Assembly: GCA_028534125.1 (NCBI GenBank)
Contig: CM052817.1
Coordinates: 64,048,001 to 64,112,000 of the forward strand
Length of the DNA: 64,000 nt
Reading direction: 5' to 3'
DNA from: Lama glama
Taxonomy: Eukaryota
Shown: piece by piece, positions 24,269 through 39,706 of the stretch
Layout: every line of letters starts with the position of its first letter
How positions within the stretch are numbered: position 1 is the stretch's first letter
Position numbers and translations under genes: made by a program
Notes under the pieces: model-generated
What the model saw: only the letters and a program-made list of their open reading frames with translations
Told to the model about the DNA's origin: nothing
Databases searched by the model: none

Positions 24269-26585
24269 CAGAGGTCTGCAAACTCTTTACTTAAAGGGCC
24301 AGATGGTGAGTATTTTTGGCTTTGTAGGCCAAAAGGCAAAATCAAAGATATGACATAGATAAGAGTGAAAATATATATGATGAGAGAATACAAATATCCA
24401 GAAAATTTTTATTGACTAAATTCAAAATACAGCATTAATTGAACATGATTTGTTGTGATACAGGTCTCCTAATGAAAAGATTGTAATTCCTCTTTTGAGA
24501 TAGTGGTTTCACTTAATTGGGATTCAGTGTTAACCTATCATCAGAATTGATTGCAGGTGTTCACCTGTTAATGCAGATCTGTGAAGTCATTTAATTGATT
24601 TTGTCTTTGAAACATGTGTTCACACAGATAGGTACTACCAAATGCTGCTCTCAAACCATGGGCATATGATTTTAATGAACATATTAATTATATGGAAGGC
24701 ATTTATAGAATTATTTTAGATTCTTCTCTTGATATTTGCCATTTAGCTTGCTGTTTACACTGCAGATTAACCACTTCCAATTGAAAGTTAGGTGGAAGCT
24801 CCTCAATTGCATAGTTAAATGGATTTGATATATGGAAGTTTCTTTTGCACTTGCAGTGAGGTCTGAAAAATACTGCTGGAACTATAGTTTGAGTTTGCAC
24901 AATATGTCTGTTGCAAATTTGTATATGCATAGAGAGCTGCTTCTTTTAACCTTTGATAGGACAGAAAGTGTATAAAGCAGATTGACGGTTACTTGTGATT
25001 TGAACACTGTTGTCAAAATGACTTAACATAGTATGTTTCACATATAAGCACCATTTGGCCTGGATTTTCAGGTCAAATTCAAGGAAACATTATCAAATCT
25101 GTGGCAAAATATAATTTCCAAAGGCACTCATTGTTTGATAATAATGGTTGAAGGCATTTCTTTTTGTTCAGAAATTTCTGTCTCACCCCTGAGCTCAAAA
25201 AAGTTACAATAAAACTGTAAAACTGCTAAGCCCTTAAACTGTTGTGTGATAAGGCAAGTTAGGATATTCAGCTTCTATTTCTTATGAAGATACAAAAACT
25301 GACAGTGATTAAATCTGTGAGAGTGAATGAAGTTGATACTGTTGGTTTAATACCACATCATAGTTTGAAATATTTCCCCCCCAAAATACCTGCTGATGAA
25401 TAATATAATGAGAAACATAGACTTTAAACAACTTATTTTCACAAACTTTGTAACTTTATTCAAGTAAGCCCTTTTCTATTCCTCACATATCTCTACCACC
25501 ATCAGTTGTAATACATCTTAGTAGATTCCACTTCAGGTTGTACTGAATTAATATTTTCTCAAGTTTAAAAATATTTTTGCATATTCTATACAGTCTTCAT
25601 CAAGGCTAATTCTTCAGTCACTTCATGCTTGGCAATGACTTCTTGAAAATAATAGCACTATGCAATATCACAATTATCTGTCAATTTGTCAAGAACCAAG
25701 GAAAACCTTTCAAAATTATTTGCCTTATCTTTTTAATTGGATATTTATATTGCTTCTAGTGCCTTTGACTGTTCAGGTAGCTAGTCTCACTGAAAGGCTC
25801 TTCTTAAAACAAGTTTTTCCCCCTCTTGAAATATTTCTTGGTTGCTGTAGTCAAAATATTGTTTAATTAGCTCACCAGGAGTAAACAGCTTTCCTTGCTT
25901 GACTAACAAGTGAGCCACTCAGAGACTTACTTTGTTTGCAACTTCATTTTCACTTTTTATTTTTGTGAAGAAATTCTGCTATGATGATGTACTTTGTCTT
26001 TTATTTTCTGATTCCTCTGACAATTACTATCCTATGAATTGTGAATATGATGAATACTTAGTCTGGTAATATAGGTGTGTGTTTTTTTTTTTGTAGTATA
26101 GCTAAAGTGTCCCTGCACAATATAATGGTTTGCCATCTAATTCAGTAGCAAAATAATACATATGCCACTTTAAACCTTAAAAGCATGACATTTGAGGTGT
26201 ACTTTTCTCTTTTTTGTTTCAATGTAATGGTCAAAAAATGTTGTGGTATGACAATACACATGGTACTTGAAGCACTGGACAGTCATAACTGTGTCACTGC
26301 AATTTGTAGTGCATCATGCAGCAGTGTAAAGTGATGAGAGTAGCACTTATGGTTGTTGTCTCAACTACTCAACTCTGTTGTAGTAAAGTGAATATAGATA
26401 CAGACAATAAAGAAATTAATTGTGTCCCAATAAAACTTCATTTATAAACACTGAAATTTGAATCTCATATAATTGAATATCATGAAATATATTCTTCTGA
26501 TTTTATTCAACCATTTACAGATGTAGAACCATTTTACTTGTGGACTGTATAAAAACAAGTAATGGGCTCTATTCTCTGACTCCTG
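24269..26585 (-). mobile_element. Near full-length hAT transposon fossil (Cheshire-like, MER58-type ends)
   Basis: MER58-type ends (cagaggtctgcaaact...aaagggccagat; ...ctgactcctg). Minus-strand transposase remnants FGSTYLCEHMF (~24610-24643) and RSALTGEHLQSIL (~24542-24580). Confidence 0.8.
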
Positions 26586-28446
26586 CTAAAGAGTAATGCT
26601 TTACTAGATCACCTTTTCTTAAGACTTTTTCTCCCTGTGAATTCCGTAGCTCACTGCATGCTATCACCATCCATCCAGTCAGCATTCCTAAAATCTAGAG
26701 TTATTCTACTTCCAAAACCTATTGGGTTCCCTTAGTTCAAACAATTCTACCTCCTGGAATCAGTCCTCTCTGCCTTTCTCCACTATAAACATGTCGGTTC
26801 AGCTCTTGAGACCACTCTGTAACAGAGGCTCTTTCAGCAGTCCACCTGTTATGATCTCCCATGCTTCTGGAGTACTCTTTCTAAAATGTGAATCTATCCA
26901 ATTCACTCCTTAGATATTTTTTCAGTAGCTTTCCAATGTGTATAACAGGGTTTCTAAATGTAAATGAAACTATATGATTAAAAAGGGTTAAATGGTGATC
27001 TTTTCACAGAGATGCACTTGTTTTGCATATTAAATCAAAGGAATATTTTATTTCTATAAAAATGTATACTTTCGCTCATTCTTCTTGAAAAAAAATCTTT
27101 CTTTTTGTCTTTCATTACCTTTGATAAAAGACAAAGTTTAGAAAAATGTTTCTCTACCATAGTTAAAAACAACAATGAGAGCATGGTGAATGGCAGCTAA
27201 CTTTGGGCCTCACTGTAGGGCTACAACAGGAAATGGTGGGTCTATGTGCCCAACGTAAAAGAGGAGTTCCCTACTCAACTCCAGCCAGCTTTGCCATGTT
27301 ACACATAATGGCCAAAGGAAGCCAAATTTTCAGACCTTTCAAAAGAAACCAGAAGTTACATTTTTATCTGAATACTTCAGGTTGTTGGTTTTTGGAATTG
27401 TAAGATCCAGGACCTCAAACAGTGACATCATGGTTCTCTTTCTTTCTGTCCAGATTATGGAACTGAAGCTCAGGGAAGTTAAGAGAGATATCCCATTTCA
27501 CACATTTAGTTAAGGGCAGTGTCAGATCTAGAATCTTCATTTCCTAACTCCTATACTAGTATTCTGTTCATTATGCTAAGCTAGCTCCAGTTTATTAATG
27601 GAAAAAAAAAAAAGAAAAAGCACATGTGCAAGACACCCACATACACATGAACAAGTTAATAACAAAGATTCATTCAAGTAAGAAGGTTAGTGGAAAACTC
27701 CCCCATTTCTACTGCTGGAGTCCAGGCCCTCATCTCTTTCCTGTACTCCTAGACCATTTCTTGGTAGGCCTTTCCAATATTCAACTCGGCTTTCCAATCT
27801 TTTCTACATACTATGAGCAGATTAATCTTTTTTAAGACACTGCATCGATCATACCACTTTCCTACTGAAGAATCAAATATTGTTTCAATGGCCTATCACA
27901 TCAATTCTAAACTATGCTTAGCTTTCAGGATCCGTAGAAATCTGCTACCTCTCTTGTATTTCTCACTACTCTCTGAAATGCATCTTTCTTTGATCATCTC
28001 ACTGTCCCCTAAATAGTCTTCATCAGTGGTACCACCAAGACACCATTTTTCATGTTATTCCTCCTACTAGAATAACTTTTCTCTCTTTATACATTCTCCT
28101 GAGTCTAGCCCATGAAGACAACTTCTGACCTCTCGTATCGACCTCTATTTCTCTGGACACCTCTTCTTGGACTCCTATAACACATTCAGTAATATAATTT
28201 TAGTTGCTCAACATTTCATATTTCAATTGGCATTCAGTAAATACTTGTTCGTTTATGTTATAGAGTCACTACAGATTCAAGTCCATCTTCAACAGACAGG
28301 CATGTTTATAATAGAGCCTGCAAAACCAGCAGTCCGTAGGCCAAATATACTCTGCAGATGGATTTTTTTAGTAAAGTTTTAGAATTTGGAATTAGTTGTC
28401 AACATTTAAATAATCAGGAAATTGCTGATAAAAATCTGCTTCACTC

Positions 28447-28610
28447 TTTTTTTTTTCTATTTCAAAAAATTTTTTTATTTTTAAACTTTTTTTATTGAGT
28501 TATAGTCATTTTACAATGTTGTGTCAAATTCCAGTGTAGAGCACAGTTTTTCAGTTTTATATGAACATACATATATTCATTGTCACATTCTTTTTTTCTG
28601 TGAGCTACCA
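28447..28610 (-). mobile_element. Short L1 3' fragment
   Basis: T-rich tail, then ttattgagttatagtcattttacaatgttgtgtcaaatt. Imperfect TSD ttcact..ctttt on both sides. Confidence 0.7.
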
Positions 28611-30989
28611 TTCACTAACTTTTTTTGAAAAATTAAACATTTAGAATCCTGAACCTGTATTTCTATTGGTGACAATCAATTATAGTTGTCCTTTAGGCAG
28701 GGTATAAGGTCCTTGGTTCATTACTTCTTCCTATTATCTTAAATCTACAGATTTCACTCAGTACTCTATTTAACTCTTGAAAGTATTTAAATTTGCAATG
28801 TCTGAGATTTCTGTTACAGCTTTTGAATTACTAAAGAGTTAATTGTATTCAAGATTGTGGTAAAATTGAACTTTTACTACTGTTTGAAAATTAATACAGT
28901 TATTTTAAAATTAAGAAGTTATTGTGAAAATTAAATCATACAACTAGTCAAGACCAAACTTAATTACTTATGACATATCTGGTCATCAGTGATGGTTAAA
29001 CTGAATATTCAGTTGACCAGAATGATATAAGAAATCAAAGAGATAGAGGATAGAATTTCTGCTCTTCCAAAGTTTGTTTACTGTAGCCTTTGGCAAGTTA
29101 GGTAAGCTCTTTAAATCCCCATTTCATACATATCCTTAAAATATTATCATTATTATTGAATAAGAACAGAGAATAGATTTCAAATTAAAATAGAAGGGGG
29201 GATGCCCTTTTCCTAGGGAACTAATACAAATTATCAAAGAGAAACCTTCAAGCTCAGTTACCTAATGAAGACCTACTATCCCCAAACCAAGACTGTTGTA
29301 TTTTTCCTTTCTTCTTTGGCTCTTGAGCATTAAATACACTTTCTAGGAAACATGATGGCATGGCATTTTAAAAAGTCATCAAAGTGCAATAAGGCTGCTA
29401 GATAAATTGTTTGAGAGAACATTATTTTCTTATATATTAGAAAGTATTTCCTAACATGTAAGAACTATATAAAATTAAAATAATTATATAAAAAATTACA
29501 TAAAAATCATATAATTTTAAATTATGCAAAACAATTTAAAATTTAAATTATTTTTTACATTATATAAAAATAATTAAATAAAACAATTTCAAATAACTAG
29601 TAAGTACCCCAGATTTATGGGAGGGGTCTTAATTTTTACAGTCAGGGAAGGAATATAACCAGCAATCTTTCTACTTTAACAGAAAATTGTTTTCAAAACT
29701 GTGAAAGGGTCACATCATCTAAGATTGTTTTTAATAAGAAATTTGTTAAGTTGTAAAAACTATTTCCTTTAACTCTGAAAAAATTCCCCTTTGAAGATTA
29801 CTCATGTAACTCCATTGTGAAAGATGAGATTGATCATTATAAGAAAGTAAAACTGAGTTGTTATTTTTATGCATCATAGAAATATAAATGTTTGGTTTAT
29901 CTTTAAAATTAAAAGCTATAGTTGGCCTCAAAAATAAAATCAATCAGAACAAAGAAAATTTATATGAGCTGATTAACTTAATTTCCTGTTAGTTGCAAGA
30001 ACACATTTTTGGGGAAGGTGGTGTTAAGCTCCCAGAAGAAATAACTGTCTACTGTGTCACATTTCTGGCTTTTATATAGTTTGTACAAAGCACCATCAGT
30101 CAAGTCAGAAATACAAGACTATACGTTACAGAAAGTAGTAAGATAAGTAGTGCAAGTAGTCACTTTTTTTTTTTTTTTTGCTTTTGAAAAGCTTAACTTG
30201 TATGTAAAGAATAATATGAAAGAATGGGTAATAGAAACAGATAAGGCCATAATTCAGATTCTAGAAAAAGAGAAAACATGCCCCCTCCTAAGAATTTAAA
30301 TGATAGGATAGATGATATTTACCCTTTCAGCACCTAGTACAACTTCTCTGGAAATACAAGTGCCCATTACTTATAATGATCTGGAAAATTTTTCGTAGAA
30401 TTTATTTATTCCATTAAACACTTAGTTGTACTAAACCGCATTGTAATACCCTTGAGATACTATGGCAGCGATTACTCCCTTGTACATTTCATTGTGATTT
30501 TCTCTCTTTTTTTTTTTTGGTCACATATTATGATAAATAGACAGTTGTTAGTTAGTACAACTATCTAACATAGTTGAGTTATAAGTTCATTCTTGAAGAG
30601 CTTACATCTATATAAAGCAAGATACAGGTAGTCCCTTCTTTGCACAGCTCTGATATGCATGAGATCTGCCTGAGGTTCACTTACAGCAGTGCTGTGCAGA
30701 TTGGTATCTGGATGTATCCCAACTTTGGCACTTAACTTTCTGGGTAAGTTATTCAGCTTCTGCATTCAACTTTCTCATCTGTTAAAATACAGATCATAGT
30801 AACATCTATTTCACAAGGTAGGTGTAAATATTATATAACATAATAATCATATAAATTTAAATTTCTATTTCCAAAGTTGAAAATACAATCATTTTGGAGA
30901 GACTTTATCTTGTATTCAGAGTTAAAACCAAACATTGTAATGCTGTTTGTTGTATTATTTTAACCAAATTATGTAGTAAATATTAAGTT

Positions 30990-31535
30990 ACTGGAGCAGA
31001 TTATACTTTCCAAAGATGGCCACAACAATATCTCTTGGCTCCACATACATTCTTCTAAAGCTTGCCGCTCTCCATTGAGAGTTGAGGAATTTTCTTCCTG
31101 TTGAATCTGAGCATACTTGTGACTCAGTTGTTACCAGAAGGCAGCAGAAGTGATGCTGTGATTTCCTAGGCTCAGTAGTAGAAAGCAGTGTTGCTTCTAC
31201 CTTGTTTGTTGGAATATTGGTCTGCTTGGGGCCCTGAGAAGCCTAAGAGCCTACAGATGCCATGCTGTAAGGAAACCAGGCCACGTGGAGAGGCTTCAGG
31301 TGTCAGGTCTCAGGTCAGCAATCTTAACATTCAGGTCCTTCCAGACCAGTCACCAGGCATGTGGGTGAATGAACCATCCTTTGAAACTGCACTGAGGCCC
31401 AAGACCTTGTGGAGCAGACACAGGCCATCCTCAGTGTGCTCTTTATGAATTCCTGGTTCATGGAATCTATGAGCACAATATTTTGGCCTTTGTTTTATGC
31501 CAGTAAATTTGGGGTGGTTTGTTACATAACAGTAT
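30990..31535 (+). mobile_element. MaLR solo LTR (MLT1G/H-like)
   Basis: cagattatactttccaaagatggccacaaca ... aaatttggggtggtttgttacataacag. Confidence 0.7.
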
Positions 31536-32708
31536 TTGAAACATTTATAAAGCCTGAAAGATACATTGTCTCAGTAAGAAATAGATTGCTGTTAAAACTC
31601 ATCAAAGTGGGAACCACCTGCTGAATAAATGTTTACTGAGTTTTTCTTTAATTTGAAATGAAGATAGCCTAACAGAGAATTTTTTTCTAGTAAGCATTTC
31701 CCTACGGTTTATTTAATTGTTCATTTTGTGACATTAATTCCCTTGAAGAAGTATTTGTTGACTGTCTTGGCTACCAGAAAAGAAATATGCATGTTTTGAC
31801 AGTATTATAGGTTTCACTGTAGCTTTCCCACAAACTTTACCTGTTTGGCTGATAAAAAAAAAAAAATCAGTGACTACTCTTAAGTTAATAAGGATAGTTA
31901 CCACTAAAAATTATGTATTATTTTTCAAACCTAACAGCCTAATAAAACCTCATAGGAACAGAGGAATATCAACACTCATCTCTCCAAATGAAAATTTAAT
32001 TTTTATCCCTGATGTTAATTTTAATGTTAATCTTATAATAATAAGCTCATATTAGTATATTTGGCAAAATTATTTGAATCTGAATTTTTCCTATCACTTT
32101 TGGAAACCAGTGGGTTTTTTAAGTTTATTATCACTGTGTCATGTAATAATACTTTGTTATGTGATTACCAAGGGATTTCAGATATACAGCGGTTATAATA
32201 CAATGATTCTAATAATAATGGACACTTTATTAAGATTATTACCATGGGAAAGGTAATTACTACTGTAGTAACAGTTGAATTGATTATGCCTTAAAGTGTG
32301 TGTGTGTATGTGTTTTTAAGTACAAATAATTGCATACATACACACAGAATGCTCTGGAAGGAAACATAAGAAAATGTTAACATTGATTGCTCCTGGGAGT
32401 GAATTGGGACATGTGAAGGTAATTGCCACCAAAATAAAATTAAAACAAACAAAAAAAAGTTTTTTCTGCTTTGCAAACTGTGTTGTATTCATCTTTGTAT
32501 CTTTAGCACTTAGTGTGGTGGTTGGTGCTTGTTAGGCCCTTAGTTCATATTGTTGGATGAGTAGAAATTTGAGATTATCTTAATCTTTATTCACCTGATA
32601 TATAGAATTCATGATCTGATAGATTATGATATTGTTCACTGAAAGGGCTAATATTCTTAGTCTTTTCTCATTTAACCCCTCATTTTTTCTAAGCTGACAT
32701 CTGATATC

Positions 32709-33965
32709 TGAATCAGTCTAGGACCAATCAGGATACAAACCACATAATGTTAAATTTATATATATATATTCTGACAAGAAGTATGAGGTCTGTAGATCAT
32801 AGAACAGAGTTTATTACTCATAGAACATCTGAATACTGGTTACCCTGTACATGTAGCAGATAGGACTTTTAAGAGAGGTATCCTAAAATTAAGACACTGA
32901 GAGCTTATATTGGGTTGCTGGCACATGTGCCATCCAAGGAACACATGCATATCCCTCTTATCTTTGCTCTTGAATTAAACAAATCCTCCCTAGGGAAGGG
33001 GATGGCACCTCAAGGTTTGCTACCCTAAAAGTAAACTAAAAGCAAATCTCTTGAAAGAAGAGAATTTTTTTTTTTTTCTTTTTACAATCTCAGAATGTCT
33101 CCAGGGTGGGAGACTTACCTTTATTATAGGTTATCAATTTCCTTTGCTCAGAGGGCCCCAGCAGTGCAGAAACACCAAGAAATCCAGGGAGAATTATCTT
33201 TTAACACACAGGGGGCATTGAATATAAAAATTATTAAGCAATAATTGGAGAGTAACTTTAAAGGTAGACAGCAGACTCTAAAGTGTTTGGTACAGGAGTA
33301 TCCAAGGAAGGATAGACTTCCTTGGAAGTGTGGGTTCTCATTAAATAAGTATCACTTCAGTTCTCCTGATGGCGTAGAAGTTCGCTGGGTTGCTGGGGAC
33401 TGACCCGGATCACAGTCACTAGGCCTGCAGGAACAGCTCTTTGGAGAACAAGCAAGCTGAGATTGATGGGTGACACGCAGACAATTGGGCATGCAGAAGC
33501 ACCCCTGCCGGTGCTGCTAGAACCTGGAGCTGGAGAGGCCCTCTTCTGCACGAACCCAGCACACTTCTGTGTACAGTTTGGGATAAAGTGGCTCTAGATG
33601 GCCAGCCCCACAGGGCTTCTGGCATGCACAGTTCAGGGCTGAGGATATGGTGTGGGAAGCACTAACCTGGGCGGGGATGCAGACTTCAGTTGTGTAGAGC
33701 TGTTGTATACAGTGCTGCTGCCTGAATTGAGAGCTGGAGAAAATGTATGGTGAAGTCTATGCATTTGATACTGGAGAAGACTATGCAGGCTGAGCAGGAA
33801 GGAGAGCACCTTTCTCTTCAGTGCTATCCATTGTCCTCTACAGACAAAGCTTGGATCATGCCATCTGGCAAAGGAAAAATATTTAAAGGGCCCAGATTCA
33901 TTTTCACAGATTAGACAAAAAGAGTGAATTTGGAGCTGAGAGACAAATACGTTGATAACTGACTT
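32709..33965. mobile_element. Old LTR element with a second LTR nested inside (~32770-33206)
   Basis: Outer element (aatcagtctaggaccaatcagg ... gagctgagagacaaatacgttgataactg) is interrupted and resumes near 33207. Inner element ends gagaattatcttttaaca. Families not assigned. Confidence 0.5.
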
Positions 33966-36900
33966 AATGTTGCTTTATCCTGTTGCTTGAATTTTATTCC
34001 TTTTAAATTAATGGTTACATCATAGCTTTAAGTAAGGAGATTATCATGTTTTCTGTTTTATATCTTTAATTTTTAATCTAAATTCTCTTTTGTTGTATCT
34101 TGACCCTCAAGTTCCTTTTTGCTTACTGTAGCAGTATCCTGGGAAAATATTTCCTTTGTGGATTCATAAGTTATAGTTTGGGCAGTATAATTTTTATTAG
34201 ATTTTTAAAGTTCTTAATATATTCCTTAATATATGCCTGTGTTAAACTCATCTGTCACATTTACAACTACTTGTGTATATATTGTTTTTCTCTGGTTGGC
34301 ATTTTATTACGCAGAAAAGTTGGTGTTGCCTAAAAGTTTAAAATTTCAGTATATATTATCTCTTCCTTGTATTTATTAGGTTACTAAGTGAGACTGTTTG
34401 CTTTGTACCAATCTTAACGAAATACTTCTTTATATATTTCTCTAGGTAAAGTTCCATTTATGTAGGTCTTTTATGTCAATCTTTAATTTAGGTCTCTATT
34501 ATTACAAAGCATTATAACATAGGGTCTTTACTTCTTCATCTTTATAGTTGATTAGTCACAGCTTTAAGTATGTTCTGGTGAAGAATCCTGCTCAAGACTG
34601 TTTGGAAGTATAAGTAGATGGCTCGCAAACACTTCTGCTTATCTACCTTATATAGCCTTTAGAAATTCCCATATATTTATGCAGACTTTCCTCTTACTGA
34701 AATTATGGTATCTGTCCCTTGTCTGATCTTCCTCCCCTTCCCCCGTCAGACATGTCCTAAAATCCAGGCAAAGCTTGGAAGCAGAATATCTATTACTCTT
34801 GAATCTAAGTGCCAGGAGCTAAAGCATTGTAGGCACTCCCTTGAGTCGTGTCCTGGAGGAGTAAAAGGTCACAGCTATGATATTAAACAAGATCAATGTA
34901 CTATTTAAAGGGACTAAATGGAGTATGAGAGCCTGAAGATAAATGGGGTCTGAGAAACGGGGAAATATAGGATAATAAGTAAACTGATAAAACTTTGTTC
35001 CAAAGAATCCTAGTGATAGAATACTGACACCGTGAGAACTCAGTTGGTTTGCAGGCACGTACCAGGTATAAGGAGCTGGAGCAGGGCAAATACATTTCAA
35101 GTAGTTCTTTTTATGTTTAGAGAGTTTCTCTTTTGTTATGGACTCAATTAGCTTACCTGTATAGAAGTGAAATTTGAAAATATATAGTTTCTACTTTCCA
35201 GCATCTTCTGGAACTCTTTTACAGAGATCATTCCAACATTCTACACAGAAGCTGTTGGTAATGACAGATGAAACATTTTCACCAACATTGTTCTAGTATA
35301 ATTCTTCAGTGTCTTTAAAATTCTTTGACAAATGCTATCATGCTGTGTAGACTTAATCTACATTGACTTTCTAAGTTGGCTTACAATATCTTGGATGTTG
35401 ACCCCTGTTTGGTATGATAGCATTTAAAATCTTTCCATTAGGGGATTCTTGAGGAGAAGAAATTACCTTGCTATTTTTCTTGGTCAGTTATGGGTCAAAG
35501 AATTAGTTAAGCCTGGATCTCAATATAAATCATTCTCTAATTTTAAAAAAGCTGATGTATTAACATACTAGCAATTTGTGTCATATTACATGCTAAAGGT
35601 ATATTTGACAGCTATAAAACAGTGAAATAATTCTTGAACTCTGTGTGAAAAGGTCTTTTGGCATTGTGTGAAATAAAAATTTTACAAACTGTATCTTGCT
35701 GTTAACCGTTATGCTTTAATCTTGTCATTGTGAAGATCATCTAACAGACATTAAACTGCAGTGTTTCTGGTTCAAACTAAAATAGACTTTAACCCCGTTT
35801 AAGAATGAATGAAAAGTGATTGTTCAAAACGTTTTTATTCAATTTCTAAACTAATTAAAAAGAGAAGAAAACTTGCCATGAAATATATCATTGTTTTTAG
35901 TATAACATCTAAATAAAAATATTTCTTAATCATGGCAAGTTTGTAATGGCATAATTTGTAATAAAAGATGCAAATGCAAGTAAACTCAGTAAGGTCGGTT
36001 TTCAGGATTTATTAAGTTTCTGCTATAGGAGAGCAGTGTCAGTATCCTAGAAGAATCTCCTGTCCTACAAGAATTTTCTATCTAATAGTAGAAATAAAGA
36101 GTTTTATGGACTCAGGACTATAAAACTAGCAAAGTGAAAAATACAGAAGAAGTAGAACTGGGTAATTGTTTATAAAAATGATTTCTTAAATAGATTTGTG
36201 AACTTGATTATGAAGTTAAATGCTGGGATTCATCTACTTAGCATATACTTCAAACTGTTGATGCATAGAAAAAGTTTGATTAAATTCATCTAAGCCCTTA
36301 TATTTTTATGGACTCTTAAGTTAGTAATCTTGCTTCAAGTGAGGGAGGAAGTAATGTGAGATGTGTAATTACAGTCATCTTGTGGGATGAAAGAGGCATA
36401 TTCAGTAGATAGATGCATACTAATTGGCAAATGGGCACAGAGTTATGGTGTCATTGCAACCTGGAGTAGCATATTGAGAGAGAACCCATGAGTATGAAGA
36501 GTTATGATAACATGTTAAATTAATTAATGAATTAAGATAAAATTGGGAGTGTAATATTTTTGAAATTTATTTTGGAGTTCTTTCCTTAAGTAGAACAGTT
36601 TCTTATGTCTTCATTTGTTTCCCTCTAAATATTAAAACTTTCTAATTCTCTTAAGTATTTCCTGAAATGCTACTGAAAACAAATACTGCAACAGATGCAC
36701 TTTGAGCCGTTAAATTTTTGCTCAGGGATCTCTTTTCCCAGTCAAGTGTATATGTGTTCAGTAAACATTTGGTATTTAGGTAGTCACATTTTATCCAAAT
36801 TAAGGCCTAAAAAGTGGCAGTTCTTTACACTGATAGGTAGATAGCCGGATGGATAAAGGAAGTTATCTATCCAGCTGAACAAAGGAAGGAAGGACAGAAG

Positions 36901-39561
36901 GAAAGCTAGTATACCATTCTAATACTCTGGTGAACGTGTATATATTATCCGCAGAGATAAGAGGTCTCCAGGCAAAACCAAGGTCATGCCAATATTAAAG
37001 GGGCAGACAAAGAAGATGACGACCAAGGACAAATGTTCAGAGACTGGGGTTCTAAAGTAAAGAGAAGGAGAAAGAGTCTGTTGCTGTAAAGATAGTAGAT
37101 AAGAGAATTAAGAAGAGTCCATTGGATTTGTCAAGATATCATTTATTAAGACCTTTGCTAGACTGATTTTGATAGTTTTAGAGGACTTGGTTAGATTGTG
37201 GTTTTTAGAGTGATTAAGTGGTTACAAAGTAGGAGACAGAGTTAATGACCAGAGTCAACTTTGCTTTAACTTTTTGAAGATGTCATATGTTCTTTCATAA
37301 GACAAGCTAGACCATATGCTAACATATAGGGAAGAAATTCTTTTAAGAAATTTTATTTTAGTTAATATTTCTTAGTATAGAACCTAGTACTAGAAAATTA
37401 TCCTCTACATTGCTCTACTCCCCACCATCCAAAAGCTGAGAAATTTTCTATTAGAACAATTACAATGTCTTAAATCGTAAGTAAATATAAAACGCAGAAA
37501 TCCGGATTTACACACAACAATTTGGATGGTAGGGACTCACTACTAAGACATACTGTCAAGGTTTGAGGGAGTCCAAAAATAATACTCTCTGTTCCTCACC
37601 CAAGTTCAGAATCACTGGAAGTACAAGCAGATGAGTTCTCTGGTGGAATTCAAAGGAACTGCTTTAAAATTGATAAAGTCTGGAGTGAAGGACAGGGCTT
37701 ATTTGTGTATCACAAACGAACTGCTAATACTTCAGGGCTGAATTAGATATATTTACTAAGCTTGTTGTCACTGGTGCAGCTTGACAGCCAAAGACTGGGA
37801 GGAACAGAGAGTTCTTGCCTCTCCTAAAAGATCAGGAACCCAGAAGGGGCTGAGCCATGCATATCCAGTTCTCTCTCAACTTACTTATCAGACAGATCAT
37901 TCCTCTCTAGGAGAATGGAGGTAGCAGTTGCCAAGTGAGGAAGCAGAAATGACCAGAAGTGTTAACCATAATAGAAATTCCTCCAAAAGGAAGCTTGAAG
38001 TAGGAAAGGGGTTACTGCCCTAATCATTTTATTCTCCAATATGCTCTTTTAAAATTGAGGTGTAATTCACACAAACTAAAATGCACAGATTTTAAATGTG
38101 CAGTTTGATGAGCTTTGACAAAGGTATATACTCATGTAATCACTATTCCAATAAAGATACCAACATTCTAGCCCTTTGTAAACTGATTCACAGTAAGATT
38201 CCTCTAAGTTAACCTGTTAATTCATTTAAAAATGCTTAAAAACATTAAATTTTTAATAATTTTGTTGACAGCTTTGGTTGTCTCTAGATGAAGATGTTAA
38301 TGAACTTTTCCTAAAAAGATCTGACATCATTAATAGGCATATAATTATTTCTGTGGAGAGACTGAATGATTTTTTTTTTACTTATTAGAAATCTTTTAAA
38401 AATGAGATATTCTATGTAGTTTTCAGTTATGTATTTTATATTCTTAAATACTTTAAGTTGGCTTCGTTGATGTCTTCCTATCTTAAAATATAAAGTTCTG
38501 TATTTATAGTTCTGATAATATGGAGTACTTAGTGTAGGTGCTTAACAAGTGATGTTTACCTTCCCTTCCCTGTTGATACACTTTGGCTTATAAGTGTGTG
38601 ATGCAAAGGATAGTACCTAGACAGCTTTCTGCAAATGAGGAATTCATTCCCATATTTATTTAGTTAACTTAAACACTGGGTACCTCCTGTGTGCCAGGTA
38701 ATACGTATAGTGCAATGACTATAATTAACGAAGTGCCCCATACAGTACAGTAGGGGAGCATATATTACCAATTTAAAAAAGAATATATAATTACAAATTG
38801 TGAATAGTGCTGTGAAGGATGGACACAGTGATAGAGAATGACCCTGGAGGGCTAAAAAAGACGAGGACTTAGAATGAGCAAAGATCTGGGGTCTCTGGAG
38901 TGGTGACATCTAGGATGAGACTTGATGAGAAAGGGATGTCAAGCAAGGAGCATTGGGGATGGAATGAAGGAATTGTTTACATAAACAATATAAATAAGTT
39001 TTAACTGCTTTTTATTACTTGTTGAGTGATAGTTTTGATGAATTGTTATAATTTGACTCACATTGTGTCTTGCTTTTTCCTCAGTGTTGTGATAGTTACT
39101 TTTTATTACTTTTAATAATATGAATTTAGATAGTATACATTATTAATACTATATTTCAGAAAAGTCAACCTAATATCCACTTAATAAGTTTGAACAAGTA
39201 TAGCTGAGATATGATGCCCTATAACTTCTTAGTTAATAGAAGATAATATGGATATGTTTTTTTTTCCCTCTAGGGAAAAAAAATCAATTTCTCAACGCTA
39301 TTTAGGCCCTCTTAAGAAAATAAATATTAGTCTTGGTTTGAATGATAACCTGGGTAGATTTAGGATTACTAGATAGTCACAAGTTGTACTAGGCATCGCT
39401 AGAGCACGTTAGTATTATTTAATGTAAATTTTAAAGTCTACTTTTTCTTGGGTTAACATAGAAAGTAAATTAGCACTCATTTTATAACAGGAGTCCATTA
39501 AATTTCAGAATTGTCATGAGCTGGCAATGTACAAAAGTCTATTAAAATTTATACCTTACTT

Positions 39562-39706
39562 AAAAAAATTTTGTTTTGAGAGGGCAGAATTAGGTTTACT
39601 TTATTTATTTGTTTATTTTAATGGAGTACTGGGGATTGAACACAAGACTTTGTGCATACTAAGCACCCACTCTACCACTGAGCTACATTTCCCTCCCCAC
39701 CCCTCC
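39562..39706 (-). mobile_element. Vic-1-type SINE
   Basis: Reverse-complement tRNA-like head (tactggggattgaac...ctctaccactgagcta). Perfect 13 bp TSD ttataccttactt at 39549 and 39707. Confidence 0.85.

Noticed and set aside
29460..29600. Extremely AT-rich stretch (also 4055-4140)
   Set aside because: Low-complexity sequence with no definable period or function.
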